Positions 1-10,441 of a stretch of DNA of 64,000 nucleotides are shown piece after piece. Location of the stretch: the NCBI GenBank assembly GCA_963745035.1, contig CAVUVW010000013.1:1472001-1536000 (forward strand), in the 5' to 3' direction. Source of the DNA: an uncultured delta proteobacterium. GTDB lineage: Bacteria; Desulfobacterota; Binatia; UBA9968. Below the pieces are notes generated by a model, which was not told the DNA's origin, searched no databases, and saw nothing but the letters and a program-made list of their open reading frames with translations. How positions within the stretch are numbered: position 1 is the first letter of the stretch; each line of letters starts with the position of its first letter. The position numbers were made by a program, and so were the translations under genes.

Positions 1-987
1 GGCAGTTTGCTGCTCGCACGGAGCAGGTGACCGAGTCCGGGCGCTACGTCACCGGCGACATCGCCGGCGAGCCGGTGCTGATTGTCCGCGGCAGGGACAA
101 TATATTGCGCGCTTTCTTCAATGTCTGCCGTCATCATGCTGCTGCGATCCTCACACAAGCTGAAGGAACGGCTAGACAATCTTCGCTGTCCCTATCATGG
201 TTGGACCTACGATCTCGAAGGCAATCTCGTATTGGCGCCCGAATTTGGCGGCGTCACGAATTTCGACCGAGCCGCCCACGGCCTGGCTCCGATGCAGAGT
301 CGGTGTCTGGAAAAGTTGGGTGTTCGCGAAGCCGCACGCCGGCGATCCGTCTCTCGAAGATTTTCTTGGCAAAGATCTCCTTGAACGTTTTGAGCCCTTG
401 AACCTTGAGCAATTAAGATGGTTCGAGCGCCGGTCCTATTTTCTGAACTGCAATTGGAAAGTGTTCGTCGACAACTATCTCGACGGCGGTTATCACGTGC
501 CGCACATCCACGGCGGCTTGAACAGCGTGCTCGATTACAGCAATTACACGATCGAAACCGGCGAGCGCTTTTGCCTGCAATCGAGTCCCGTCGCAACCGA
601 TAACGGAGAGGCGAAAACCGCGGCGGTACGAACCGGAACACGAGCCTATTATTACTGGATCTATCCGAACTTCATGATCAACATCTACGACGGCGTGATG
701 GACACCAATCTCGTTATTCCGCGCGGCGTCGACAAAACCGAAGTCATTTTCGATTACTATTTCGCCGATGTCTCGCAACGAGGCACGGGAAAAGAATCTC
801 GCCAGTATCTCGGTAAGCGAGCAGATCCAGAGCCGAAGACGTCGCCATTTGCGAGTCGGTCCAGCGCGGACTCAACTCGCGCGCATATTCAACCGGACGC
901 CTTTCGGTTCGCCGCGAGGCCGGCGAGCATCTTTTCCACAGGCTTTTGCACGCCGATCTACAAAGAGGTCTTCAGTCGTTGCCGTAA
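1..987 (+). CDS. Rieske non-heme iron oxygenase alpha subunit (choline monooxygenase-like); 5'-truncated, frameshifted
   Basis: Rieske motifs NVCRHH and RCPYHGWTY and mononuclear Fe motif NWKVFVDNYLDGGYHVPHIH are spread over ORFs 27..401, 82..384 and 197..1141. C-terminus EDVAICESVQRG...HLFHRLL ends at TAA 985-987. Confidence 0.85.
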
Positions 988-1007
988 TATCGTCTTCAGG
1001 GGTGAAC

Positions 1008-1554
1008 ATGCAAAACAAATATCAAGAGCAATTCGGCTACCCGATTCCTCGCACGGCCGGAAAAGTCCGACCATTTATGGCCGAGTGGATTCAGGAGTTC
1101 ATTCGGCACTCGCCATTCTGTGTCATGGCAACGAGCAGTAGCGAGGGCGATTGCGACGCTTCACCCAAAGGCGGGCACGCCCGGCTTCGTGAAAGTCTTA
1201 AACGACAAGCAATTGTTCATTCCCGACGTCGCCGGCAATAAGCTCTTCCACGGCTACAGCAACATCGAGAGCAATCCGAAAGTCGGCTTGATTTTTCTTA
1301 TTCCCGGCCACAACCAAACCGTGCGGGTGAATGGCAGGGCCAAAGTGATCGGCAACGCCAAGCTAGCCGATGTAAAACTGGAAGTGCACAATCCCGACGA
1401 AAAAGCGGAAGTCCTGCAAGGATTGCTGCTCGATGTCGAGGAATCCTACAGCCACTGCCCGAGAGCGCTCAAGTTCTCCAAACTCTGGGACGTGGAAGAA
1501 ATTTCAAAAAATATCGCACAGCCGCCGCTGCCGCCCAAAGAGCCGGGAATCTAA
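1008..1554 (+). CDS. Pyridoxamine 5'-phosphate oxidase-like FMN-binding protein; frameshift near 1175
   Basis: MQNKYQ...FIRHSPFCVMATS..G.CDASPKG joins GFVKVL...IPDVAGNKLFHGYSNIESNPKVGLIFLIPG...RVNG...HCPRAL. Confidence 0.8.
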
Positions 1555-1586
1555 AAGCCTGCGATCGCAATTGACGGAATCGCGCT

Positions 1587-3326
1587 CTAAATTCGTTCCT
1601 GAATCCCGTAGCGCGAGCTGATTTTCTGCGCGATCGAGACCAGCACGATCAGCAAGCTGAACATCACCACGCCGAACGCGCTCAGCAGCGGGAACGAGCC
1701 GTTCGACCACAGATCGAAGATAATCACCGACGCCGTGCGATTGTTCGAGCGCGCGAGCATGAGCGAGATCGTCAGTTCCCGGTAGGCGTGCACCATCACC
1801 CAAAACCAACCGGCCATGAGACCCGGCCGAAGCAATGGCAGATAAATGTGATAGAAATTTCTCCACCACCCTCCGCCCGCCACTGCCGCAGCTTCCTCCA
1901 GCTCGGTGTGAATCTGCACCATCGAGGTCGAAACAAAACGCAGCGCAAACGGCAGGTATCGCGTCAGATAAGCCAAGCCAATGATGCTCAGGGTTCCGAT
2001 GACGGGCAGAGGCACAAGCAGATAAAGCCACATGAACGCCGAGCCGAGCACCACGCTCGGCAGCGCGATCGGCGCAAAGCCGAGGAAGTCGAGAATTTTC
2101 CGGCCGCCGACATGCGTCTTATGGACGAAGTAGCTGATCGCGGCGACGAGCAGCATGATGACCGACGCCGTGCTTATGCCGAGCAAGGTGCTGTTCCACA
2201 GAGGCTTTAAGGCATAGCCGCCGTCCGCGAGCAGATTGGCATAGTTCGACAGAGTCATGACGGACAGCACTTCCATGCTCGGCGGTTGAAAGCGCGGCAG
2301 CACCGACGCATAGAGCATGGTTAGAAAAGGCAGCCCGGTGATGAGAAACACGAGCAACAAACTCAGCGCACAGGTAAGGTATTTCCATCTTCCAAGATCG
2401 ATCCGGCGCGGCCGATAGTCCTTGCCGGTGATGGTCTGGTAACGCTCGCCGTGACGCACCAGGCGGAAGTAAACGTAAAGCAGCACCATGGCGAGGAGCA
2501 GCAGGATCATCGAGTAGGTGCTCGACAGTCCCCAGTCCGTCGGCATGCGCGACGTATTGAAGTAAACCTCCGTCGTGTAGACCGCGACCCGGGCGCGGCC
2601 GCCGAGCAAGAGCGGCACCTCGAAACTTTCAACGGTTTGAATAAACAGCAGCAAAGCCGAGGCGGCGGCCGCTGGCAGGAGCAGCGGCAAGGTCACGCGG
2701 CGAAACGTCGGCCAAGTACCTGCCCCGGCGATCGATGACGCTTCTTCCAGCCGCGGGTCGATGGATTTCATCGCGGCGGACATAAGCAGGTAGGCCAGAG
2801 GCGTCATTTCGAGGGCCTGCACCCACACCATCCCCCAGAACGAATAGATGTTAAAAAATCTCGGAACGCCCGTGAGCGATTGACGAGATGATTCAGGACA
2901 CCGATGCTGGGGCTCGCCATCAGAATCCAGGAGATCGTGATCATGACACCCGGGATGATGATTCGGCCCAGGGTGATCGTTCCGATGATCCGCCCTGCCG
3001 GCGTATTCGTCCGCTCGACGGTCCAGGCGAGAAAAGTTCCCCAGACGAACGAACAGAGCGTGGTCGCCGCGGCGAAATAAAATGTGTTGAGGGTCGACTC
3101 CCAAAACGCTCTGTATGCCGTAGGCCCTGGCGTAATTCGAAAGCGTGAAGCTCAGATCCAAAAACCCCGGCGCGCCGGGCCGGATTGTTTTAAGGCTGGT
3201 CCAAACGATGAGTACGAGAGGAACTACGACCTGGTAGACCAGGATCAGAACCAAAGCGATGAGAACGACGTTGGCGCCGGTCAGCAGCGGCGGCCGGACG
3301 CTCCAACGGAGCGTGTTTGTCGTCAT
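1587..3326 (-). CDS. ABC transporter permease, FbpB/AfuB type (two EAA domains); internal compensating frameshifts about 2880-3110
   Basis: Two EAA loops (LEEASSIAGAG, LEEAAAVAGGG) and many TM segments. Confidence 0.9.
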   Translation of the reverse strand: MTTNTLRWSVRPPLLTGANVVLIALVLILVYQVVVPLVLIVWTSLKTIRPGAPGFLDLSFTLSNYARAYGIQSVLGVDPQHILFRRGDHALFVRLGNFSRLDRRADEYAGRADHRNDHPGPNHHPGCHDHDLLDSDGEPQHRCPESSRQSLTGVPRFFNIYSFWGMVWVQALEMTPLAYLLMSAAMKSIDPRLEEASSIAGAGTWPTFRRVTLPLLLPAAAASALLLFIQTVESFEVPLLLGGRARVAVYTTEVYFNTSRMPTDWGLSSTYSMILLLLAMVLLYVYFRLVRHGERYQTITGKDYRPRRIDLGRWKYLTCALSLLLVFLITGLPFLTMLYASVLPRFQPPSMEVLSVMTLSNYANLLADGGYALKPLWNSTLLGISTASVIMLLVAAISYFVHKTHVGGRKILDFLGFAPIALPSVVLGSAFMWLYLLVPLPVIGTLSIIGLAYLTRYLPFALRFVSTSMVQIHTELEEAAAVAGGGWWRNFYHIYLPLLRPGLMAGWFWVMVHAYRELTISLMLARSNNRTASVIIFDLWSNGSFPLLSAFGVVMFSLLIVLVSIAQKISSRYGIQERI

Positions 3327-3344
3327 GAGCGGAGACGCCGCGCG

Positions 3345-4424
3345 TTACTTCCCCCGGCCGATGTACTGGCCCCAGGCGTCGTGCAGCCGCTTGGTGATAT
3401 CGTCGCTCACGATGTTGTAAGTTACGAGCTTCACGTCATCCGGGAGAAACGGGTGCTTCGTGGCCAGCGGCCCACGCAAGATCCATTGATCAGATTTTGG
3501 CTGTCCTGGGAGAGCGTCCAGTCGACGAACAGCGCCGAAGCGTAGGGATTGCGCGTGTTCTTGTTGATGATCATGCCACCCGCGAAGGAGAGTATCGGCG
3601 CCGTCAGCACCATCGCGAAAGGGCGCCTTGGGGTCCTTTTTCTTGGCTTCCATGCCGGTGTAAAAATAATTGTCGCCTTGCAGCGCGTGGTCGCCGGTGA
3701 GCATGAGTTCCATGCGTTGTGTGTGACCGGTTTGAATGATCGGTTGATTCTGTCCGATGCATTTCAACCACTCTTTGGTTTTCTCTTCGCCCATCATGAC
3801 GTAGAGGCCTGCTAGGAATCGTGTCTCCGACGGATCGAACGAAATCTGGCCTTTGAATTCCGGCTTACAGAGATCGAACCAGGTCTTGGGGGCGCGGTCG
3901 GGCTTGATCAGGTTCGTATTGTAAGAGATGCCGTGCTCGGCCCAATACCACGGCACCCAACGATTCTCCTTGTCGATGAAACCGTGATACTGCTTCAAGA
4001 TTTTTTTGGTCGCCGGCGTGGGATATTTCGCGACCAGGTTTTGCTTCAAGATAACCGCCATGTCCGGCACGCCCAAAGTAAGAATGTCCGTCAGGTGCCG
4101 CCCGGCGGTCTCCTCGGCGATGAAGCGTTCCGCCGCATCCTGCGAGCCCAGATCGCCCATGTCGAGCTTGATAAACGGATAGCGCTTTTCGAAAAGCCTC
4201 ACGTGATCCCGCGCATTCTTGCCGCGCCAGGTGTGAACGAAATTGAGCTTGCCTTCCTTGCGCGCGCCCTCTTCGATGCGTTTTTCGCGCTGATCATCAG
4301 GCAGCTTAGCCATAGTGGAGTAGAGCTGCTCCGGCGAAGCCTCGGCGGCAAAGCTCGAAGTCGCGGACAACATCGGCAACAATCCGATGATGACGAATGC
4401 AAAAGCTCCAACAAACGTGAACAT
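3345..4424 (-). CDS. ABC transporter substrate-binding protein, AfuA/FbpA-like; local frameshifts near the C-terminus
   Basis: GGAGG RBS before ATG 4424, signal peptide, GARKEGKL, YNTNLI..APKTWFDL..PEFKG; NPYASALFVDWTLS in the alternate frame 3431..3613. Confidence 0.85.
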   Translation of the reverse strand: MFTFVGAFAFVIIGLLPMLSATSSFAAEASPEQLYSTMAKLPDDQREKRIEEGARKEGKLNFVHTWRGKNARDHVRLFEKRYPFIKLDMGDLGSQDAAERFIAEETAGRHLTDILTLGVPDMAVILKQNLVAKYPTPATKKILKQYHGFIDKENRWVPWYWAEHGISYNTNLIKPDRAPKTWFDLCKPEFKGQISFDPSETRFLAGLYVMMGEEKTKEWLKCIGQNQPIIQTGHTQRMELMLTGDHALQGDNYFYTGMEAKKKDPKAPFRDGADGADTLLRGWHDHQQEHAQSLRFGAVRRLDALPGQPKSDQWILRGPLATKHPFLPDDVKLVTYNIVSDDITKRLHDAWGQYIGRGK

Positions 4425-4546
4425 TGCGATTACCTCCGTGCGAATGGATGCCGTCGTCTTCCTATATTCCAGTTGTGCGCGTGGTTTCAAGCAGTGTTTT
4501 GCCAACCCGTCCGGATCAAGGTAGAATTCCTCTGCAATTGTCAGAA

Positions 4547-4575
4547 TGTTATTCTGAGGCGCAGCCGAAGACTCT
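4547..4575. repeat. REP-like palindrome (TGT[C/T]ATTCTGAG...GAAGA[A/C]TCT type)
   Basis: tgttattctgaggcgcagccgaagactct, related to elements at 11839, 18627, 28444 and 40687. Confidence 0.45.
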
Positions 4576-4614
4576 GCTTTTCGTAAGCCAGTCTTGATAT
4601 CGAAGGATTTCGCG

Positions 4615-5573
4615 ATGCCACCAAAAATTTACATCGACGGCCAGGCGGGAACGACGGCGCTACGTGTTCGCGACTGGCTGGCGGGCCGGAAAGATCTCGA
4701 GGTCGTAACTCTTCCTGAAGAGCTGCGCAAAGATCCCGCCGCGCGCAAAAAAGCGCTTCAGGATGCCGCGATCGTACTTCTTTGCCTGCCGGACGACGCA
4801 TCACGCGAAGCCGCGGAGTGGCTGGCCGACTTCCCCGTCAGAATTCTCGATGCCAGCACCGCGCATCGCGTCACAGAAGGTTGGACCTATGGCCTGCCGG
4901 AGCTACTTGCCGGGCAGCGGGAGCAGATCGCTAAATCCCAACGCGTGGCGAATCCCGGCTGCTATGCCTCGGCCGTCGATTTTGCTCGTGCGGCCGCTTG
5001 GTCGACGCCGGTTTACTTTCTACGGACACGCCGCTCGCCATTCACGCGCTCTCCGGTTACTCGGGCGGTGGCCGTTCCATGATCGAGCGCTGGGAAGATC
5101 CCAAGGGTGGTTTGCCTAAGCTTCCTCACGAAGCGCCTTACAGCATCGGCAAGCTGCACAAACATATCCCGGAAATCATGCGCCATGGCGCGCTCAGCGT
5201 GGAACCACAGTTTCTACCCAACGTCGGCCCCTTTCGCTGCGGCATGCGCGTCGAGATCATGGTTCCGGCCAAGTTGCGGCTAAAATCGGGCAGCGGCAAA
5301 GCCATGTGGGAGATATTGTCGGCGCGCTACGAAAAGGAAATGTTCGTCCGAGTCGAAGAGCTAACGGACGCGGGCGAATCAGACGAATTCAGCTTCGATC
5401 CGCAGGCTCATAATAATACCAACGTAATATCGCTGCGCGTACTGCCCCATCAGTCCGGCCACATCCTGCTGATGGCCCGGCTCGATAACCTCGGCAAAGG
5501 CGCTGCCGGCGTAGCGATTCAGAACTTGAATCTCATGCTTGGCGTCCCGGAAGACACCGGCTTGCCGCGATGA
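4615..5573 (+). CDS. argC: N-acetyl-gamma-glutamyl-phosphate reductase (type 2); frameshift near 4980
   Basis: KIYIDGQAGTTAL, DASTAHR, YGLPEL, VANPGCY, SGYSGGG, LDNLGKGAAGVAIQNLNLMLG. Confidence 0.93.
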
Positions 5574-5592
5574 AGCGGCGAACGCCGAAAAG

Positions 5593-6453
5593 CTAATTTT
5601 TGCGTTCCGACTTTCTCGCGTTCGGCACGATTCGTACAAAAGCCGGCGTCACGGGCACCAGCGCACGAATCCCCTTAGCGAGCCACAGAAGCTTTTTCTG
5701 TTTTCGTTCGTTCCACTCCAGTCCATACCCGTCGCGAAGGCTTTCAGGAAGCAGGCCCGCGGTCACCAGGCGAAAAACGGGACCCGCCGGTTTTAAGATC
5801 CACGGAGCCGGATAGAGCACATCGGCCGCGAGATTCCTGGCTGTGGGACCGGGTACGATTCCACCATCTGTCAAAGCCTCGTTCATGTAACTGTCGAAGG
5901 CTTCCACGGACGATGGAATATTTGGCTCATGGACGCCGAACAAAGCCGCGAGCCTTTTCGAGTCATCGTAGTACTCGGCGCGTTCCACCGCCTTGAGCGG
6001 CGCAACGAAAAGGTCGTACGCGACCATCGCCGAATCGATCAAGGTCGCGTGCACCCACAATAGCAAGTCTTGATCCGACGCGTCGTAGGCCGCGCCGCCA
6101 TGCGACGCCTCATCTACGGGCACATGGCCGCGAACCCGCTTGTGGACCATTTCCACTTGCCGCAGTGCTTCGCGCGCTTGTGATTCTTCATCAAACACGA
6201 TCGACCACATCCGGCTCATCGTGCGGTAAAGCCGGCCCAACGGATCTTCCTGGAAGCGGCTGTGCGCCGCCACACCGGCGGCTACCTTCGGATGAGCGAG
6301 CTGCATGAGCAGCGCGCGGCCGCCGGCGAGCAGCAAAGCCATTTCTCGATTGACCGTCCAAATCTTGCTCGTCCGAGCAAAGAAGCGTTTACTTTCTTGC
6401 GCTACGATTGCGTTGGAATTATCGTGGGCGAGATAATCGTAAGTTTCCATCAC
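5593..6453 (-). CDS. MpaB/DUF2236 (rubber oxygenase-like) family protein
   Basis: GGRALLMQLAHPKVAAGVAAHS, RLYRT, HKRVRG, LLWVHATL motifs. Confidence 0.85.
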   Translation of the reverse strand: MMETYDYLAHDNSNAIVAQESKRFFARTSKIWTVNREMALLLAGGRALLMQLAHPKVAAGVAAHSRFQEDPLGRLYRTMSRMWSIVFDEESQAREALRQVEMVHKRVRGHVPVDEASHGGAAYDASDQDLLLWVHATLIDSAMVAYDLFVAPLKAVERAEYYDDSKRLAALFGVHEPNIPSSVEAFDSYMNEALTDGGIVPGPTARNLAADVLYPAPWILKPAGPVFRLVTAGLLPESLRDGYGLEWNERKQKKLLWLAKGIRALVPVTPAFVRIVPNARKSERKN

Positions 6454-6470
6454 TGATCAGCATCCGGATC

Positions 6471-6600
6471 TAGCAAGTTGCTAAAAACCCCTCTCGGAGT
6501 CCTTCGACGCGGCTCAGGACGAACGGACTTTGAAAGTCGTTGATGACTTCCGTTCATGCTGAGGTTCTCGAAGCATTCCGAACTCTTTTCACCAATGCTA
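6471..6600. mobile_element. MITE-like element: degenerate terminal inverted repeats around an imperfect internal palindrome
   Basis: Left end tagcaagttgctaaaaa resembles the reverse complement of the right end (tagcattggtgaaaag). Inner arms cttcgacgcggctcaggacgaacgg / ccgttcatgctgaggttctcgaag. The right end supplies the MFS stop codon. Confidence 0.55.
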
Positions 6601-7836
6601 AGCAACGCTATCGCCTGACAGCACAACCTCCGCGACCCTTTCGTTGCGTCGATCCACCGCGGGCAAAATCCACCAGGCGAATCCGCCCAGCACTAACAAT
6701 CCGCCGCCGCAAATGAGATAGAGCATGTCGATGCCGCTCCGGTCGATGAACCATCCCGCTGAGAGGTTCGACGCCATGCCGGCGACGCCGCTGCCCACCA
6801 TCGAAAGTACTCCCTGCGCCGTAGAGCGCAGTTTCTCCGGTGCGACTGCATCGAGGTAAAGTGGGCTCCCCAAGTTGAGCCCGACAACCGTGACGCCGTG
6901 CAATGCCTGAACGACGAACAAGATCGTCGGATCGGTGACGAGAGCGCAAAGCGACCAGCGCACGCCGCCGATCAACACGCCCAACGCTACGAGCCCGCGC
7001 GCGCCGAGCCGCTTCAAGCCGCTTCCGGTCAGCCACACGAGAGGTATCTCGACGATCAGCATAAGGATCCACATGTCGCGAATCGTGCCCAAGTCGCCGC
7101 CGCGCGAGCGCACGAAGAGCGGAAAGAGCCACATCGGACCATGCATCAAGAAATGGGCGAGCAAAGAAAATACGAGGAATCGCGCGAAGGCTCGGTTGCC
7201 GATCAGCCCGCGCCAATCACCCCGCGCGGCGCGCAGGCCGACAACACCCTTCCTCGGCAGAAAAAACGCGACAAACGCGGCTATCAGAACGAGAGCGGCG
7301 GTGATCGGAAACATCAAGCCGAGCCCAGGCTGCGAAACGCCGACTGCCGCCGCGCGGTATTCAAGCGGAGCGGGAAAATTTTGCAAAATCCAAGGGAACA
7401 CAAGAATAATGATAAAATAGCCCACGGTTCCCCAGACGCGCACCCTCCCGAATGCGTGCCGGCCCTCATCGCGCAGAATCGCCATGCTCACCGACATCAT
7501 CATCGGGAAAATTGGTGTGCCAACCAGTGCGAGAATGGAGGTTGCAAGCACGATCGGCCAGAATCCTGCCGCCATGCCCAGCATGAGATAGCCGAACGCA
7601 GTGCCAACGGTGAGAAAAGCCAAAGTGCGCGTGCGCGCGCCGGTTCGATCGGCAATCTGCCCCCAGACCGGCTGAGCGAACATGCCGACCAGCGGTGATA
7701 TCGCCAGGACCAATCCGACTTGCGTCCCGGAAAGTCCGGCATTTTCTCTTAGATAGAGGCTGAAATACGGAAAGAAAATCCCCAGCGAACCGAAGTACAC
7801 GAACCAAAACGAGGTGAGCGGAATAGAATGCCACAT
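6598..7836 (-). CDS. MFS transporter (HcaT / MFS_1_like)
   Basis: About 12 TM segments, WGQIADRTG, FGRVRVWGTVGY. Confidence 0.9.
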   Translation of the reverse strand: MWHSIPLTSFWFVYFGSLGIFFPYFSLYLRENAGLSGTQVGLVLAISPLVGMFAQPVWGQIADRTGARTRTLAFLTVGTAFGYLMLGMAAGFWPIVLATSILALVGTPIFPMMMSVSMAILRDEGRHAFGRVRVWGTVGYFIIILVFPWILQNFPAPLEYRAAAVGVSQPGLGLMFPITAALVLIAAFVAFFLPRKGVVGLRAARGDWRGLIGNRAFARFLVFSLLAHFLMHGPMWLFPLFVRSRGGDLGTIRDMWILMLIVEIPLVWLTGSGLKRLGARGLVALGVLIGGVRWSLCALVTDPTILFVVQALHGVTVVGLNLGSPLYLDAVAPEKLRSTAQGVLSMVGSGVAGMASNLSAGWFIDRSGIDMLYLICGGGLLVLGGFAWWILPAVDRRNERVAEVVLSGDSVA

Positions 7837-7875
7837 TGCGCGATGATAGCATTCATCATCGCCGTCTTCGACGGC

Positions 7876-7973
7876 GGTTCCATCCGTTTCAATTGTTCCA
7901 GAGTTCCAAGGCGTTCACGACGAGGAATTCGATTACGATTGGAACGTTTGAAACGGCTGGAACGATTGGAACG
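7876..7973. repeat. Inverted arms of 9-bp tandem units (GTTCCA-type left, TGGAAC-type right)
   Basis: Right arm gattggaac gtttgaaac ggctggaac gattggaac (7937-7972); left arm is the degenerate reverse complement. Confidence 0.75.
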
Positions 7974-7993
7974 CGAGCGAAGCGAGAGCCCCT

Positions 7994-8527
7994 GTGAACT
8001 GCGCCGCCAGCCGCACCGTCCATACTATCGGCCATTCGACGCGATCGATCGAGAACTTCATCGACCTGCTCCGAGCGCATGCGATCGAACTGCTGATCGA
8101 CGTGCGCCGCTGGCCGGCCTCCAAGCGAAATCCGCAGTTCGGCCGAGAGGCTCTCGCGGCATCGCTCAACGAAACCGGTGTTGAGTACCTGTGGCGCGGT
8201 GACCTCGGCGGCTTTCGCAAGCCCAAGCCGGATTCGGTCAATACCGCTTGGCAGGTCGGCGCCTTCCGCGCCTATGCAGATTTCATGTTGACGCCGGAAT
8301 TCGCAAACATCGTATTTGAAGTCGAAAAGCTAGCAGGCACGAAACGCGCCGCCTTCATGTGTGCCGAAGCCGTGCCTTGGCAGTGCCACCGTCAGCTGTT
8401 GGCCGACGCCTTTCTTGTGCGCGGTTGGAACGTGCGCCACATCATGGACGACGGCTGCCGCGAGCATCGGCTGCCGCCGTTTGCGCGGCCAGACGGTGAG
8501 CGGATTGTTTACAGCGGACTGATTTAA
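7994..8527 (+). CDS. DUF488 family protein
   Basis: HTIGHSTR, LIDVRRWPASKRNPQF, LGGFR, MCAEAVPWQCHRQLLAD. Confidence 0.9.
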   Translation: MNCAASRTVHTIGHSTRSIENFIDLLRAHAIELLIDVRRWPASKRNPQFGREALAASLNETGVEYLWRGDLGGFRKPKPDSVNTAWQVGAFRAYADFMLTPEFANIVFEVEKLAGTKRAAFMCAEAVPWQCHRQLLADAFLVRGWNVRHIMDDGCREHRLPPFARPDGERIVYSGLI

Positions 8528-8535
8528 GCGCAAGA

Positions 8536-8735
8536 ATGAACTACCCGCGCAGCAAGCTGCGCGGTTTCGAAGGCTCGTCATACAAACGATTCCGATTCCG
8601 TCACCCCCGAATGTTTTAGTCGGGGGTCCAGATCCGGATTAGCCTGGATTCCCGCTTAAAACATGCGGGAATGACGAACTTCTGATGGGTCGTTGCGAAA
8701 ACGCAGCAGCCCGGAATGAATCCCCCACCGATTTA
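8536..8735. repeat. Composite intergenic element: hairpin ccgcgcagc-aa-gctgcgcgg plus REP doublet 8599-8676
   Basis: Perfect 9-bp stem at 8545-8564. 8642-8676 is the exact reverse complement of 38242-38276 (35 bp). Confidence 0.75.
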
Positions 8736-8742
8736 ACGCGGT

Positions 8743-9511
8743 CTATCTGTACATGCCCGTGGGATCGAGTTCGTCACGAATCAGGCGCAGATCTTCCGCG
8801 GAAGGCGCGCTGACTTCGTCGATCTTGGCGGCGAGTCGGAGCGGCCAACCGACCTCGGCTTGCACATCGCTCACCGTCACGCCGGGATAGAGGGCGCTTA
8901 GCTGCATTTCGCGCTGGGGATTGTCGAAGCTCAAAATCGCTTTGTCGGTGATCATGAGTTCCGGACCGCCGCCGGGAAGGCCGAGCCGGGCGCGGCTATC
9001 GCCGCCCGTGAGGTGGCCCGGGCTGGTGACAAAATCAAGCTTTTCGACGAAGGCCCTGCGCTTTAGCCGCATGATCATGAACGTGCGCTGAGCGTTGGTG
9101 GCGATTTCGCAGGCGCCGCCGCTGCCCGGAAGACGCGTTTTGGGTTTGGCGTAGTCGCCGATCACGGTGGAATTGAGATTGCCATGCCGATCGACCTGAG
9201 CGCCGCCGAGAAGCGCGATCTCGACCAGGCCGCGCTGCAAATACAAACCGAACAGATCCGCCATCGAAACTACCGAGGTGGCGCCGCTGACCAGAGGTCG
9301 GATCGCCGATGGAGAGCGGCAAACGCTCCGGCCGCGCGCCGTAAACGCCCGATTCGTAGATCAGCTCCATGTCCGGCGCGACGGTACGTTGGGCAAGATT
9401 ACACGCGATGTTCGGCAGGCCGACGCCGACAAACACGGTGCGCGCTCCACTCAACGCGTGCGCCGCAGTGACGATCATCATTTCCGAGGGCGTGTAGGCG
9501 ACCTCGCTCAT
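8743..9511 (-). CDS. pcaJ: 3-oxoadipate CoA-transferase subunit B (glutaconate CoA-transferase type); frameshift near 9290
   Basis: VFVGVGLP, LIYESG (catalytic Glu), LGGAQVDRHGNLNST, RLPGSGGA, FVEKLDFVTS; pca operon context. Confidence 0.8.
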
Positions 9512-10441
9512 CGATACCTCCCGTAATCCACCGACGGCGCTAAGCAAAGGCTCCGGTTTGAGTTGGTCGAAACGCGCCTGGCCGACTTTGCGCACGTACG
9601 CAGCGTGATTTTCCAAACCGTACACCCATTCGGCGAGCCACGCTTCCACCGCCGCCTGATCCTGCGACAACTTGTCCCAGTCCAGATAGGATTCATTGTC
9701 TCGGTCATAGTAGCCTTGGACATACGACGGGTGCGCGCCGTAAGGTTCATGCACCACCGCATCGACGATCAGGCCGGGTATCAACGTGCGGTTGGGATCG
9801 GCGCGGATCACCGATTCATCGACCAACTCCTCGACCGCCACGATCACGTTCTTTGAGGCGAACGCCACTTCCTTTTGCATGCCGAGAAGTCCCCACAACT
9901 GCGTGTTCCCTTGTCGATCGGCGCGCTGCGCGTGGATGATCGCGACATCGGGACTGAGTGGCGGCACCACGGCGATCTTGCCGGTGCCGTAAGGATCGTC
10001 GATAACTTTGATTAGCGGATTGGCTTCGAGCATGTCCGAACCGACGTAGCTGCGCAGCGCAAAGAACGGCGCGCGCGCTGCGCCCGCGGCATAGCGTCCG
10101 ACCAGCCCATAGTGGGAATACTCCTCCAGCTCCAAGGCTTGGGGAATCGCTTTTTCCACGGCGCGGCGAATACAGTAGAGCGATCCGACTCCGGGATTGC
10201 CCATGTAACTGAAGATCAATTTTTTCGCCGTGCCCGCCGCGATCATCTGATCGTAGATCAGATCGGGAGTCATGCGGATCAAGGTCAGGTCGCGGCGCTT
10301 CTGGCGAATGATCTCATGGCCGGCGGCAAAGGAAATGAACCCGGTGAAGCCTTCGATGGCCAAGGAGCAGCCGTCTTTAACGTATTCGGAGACAGCTTCC
10401 CGCATCGTTACAAGCTTGTCGTTCTTGGTTGTTTCATTCAT
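9508..10441 (-). CDS. pcaI: 3-oxoadipate CoA-transferase subunit A (glutaconate CoA-transferase type); C-terminal frameshift
   Basis: EGFTGFISFAAGHEIIRQ, MTPDLIYDQMI, IIHAQRADRQGN, GAHPSYVQGYYDRDN. Confidence 0.8.

Noticed and set aside
7828-8184. ORF containing an LERLKRLERLER repeat
   Set aside because: It is the translation of the intergenic 9-bp DNA repeat and overlaps the DUF488 gene in another frame.
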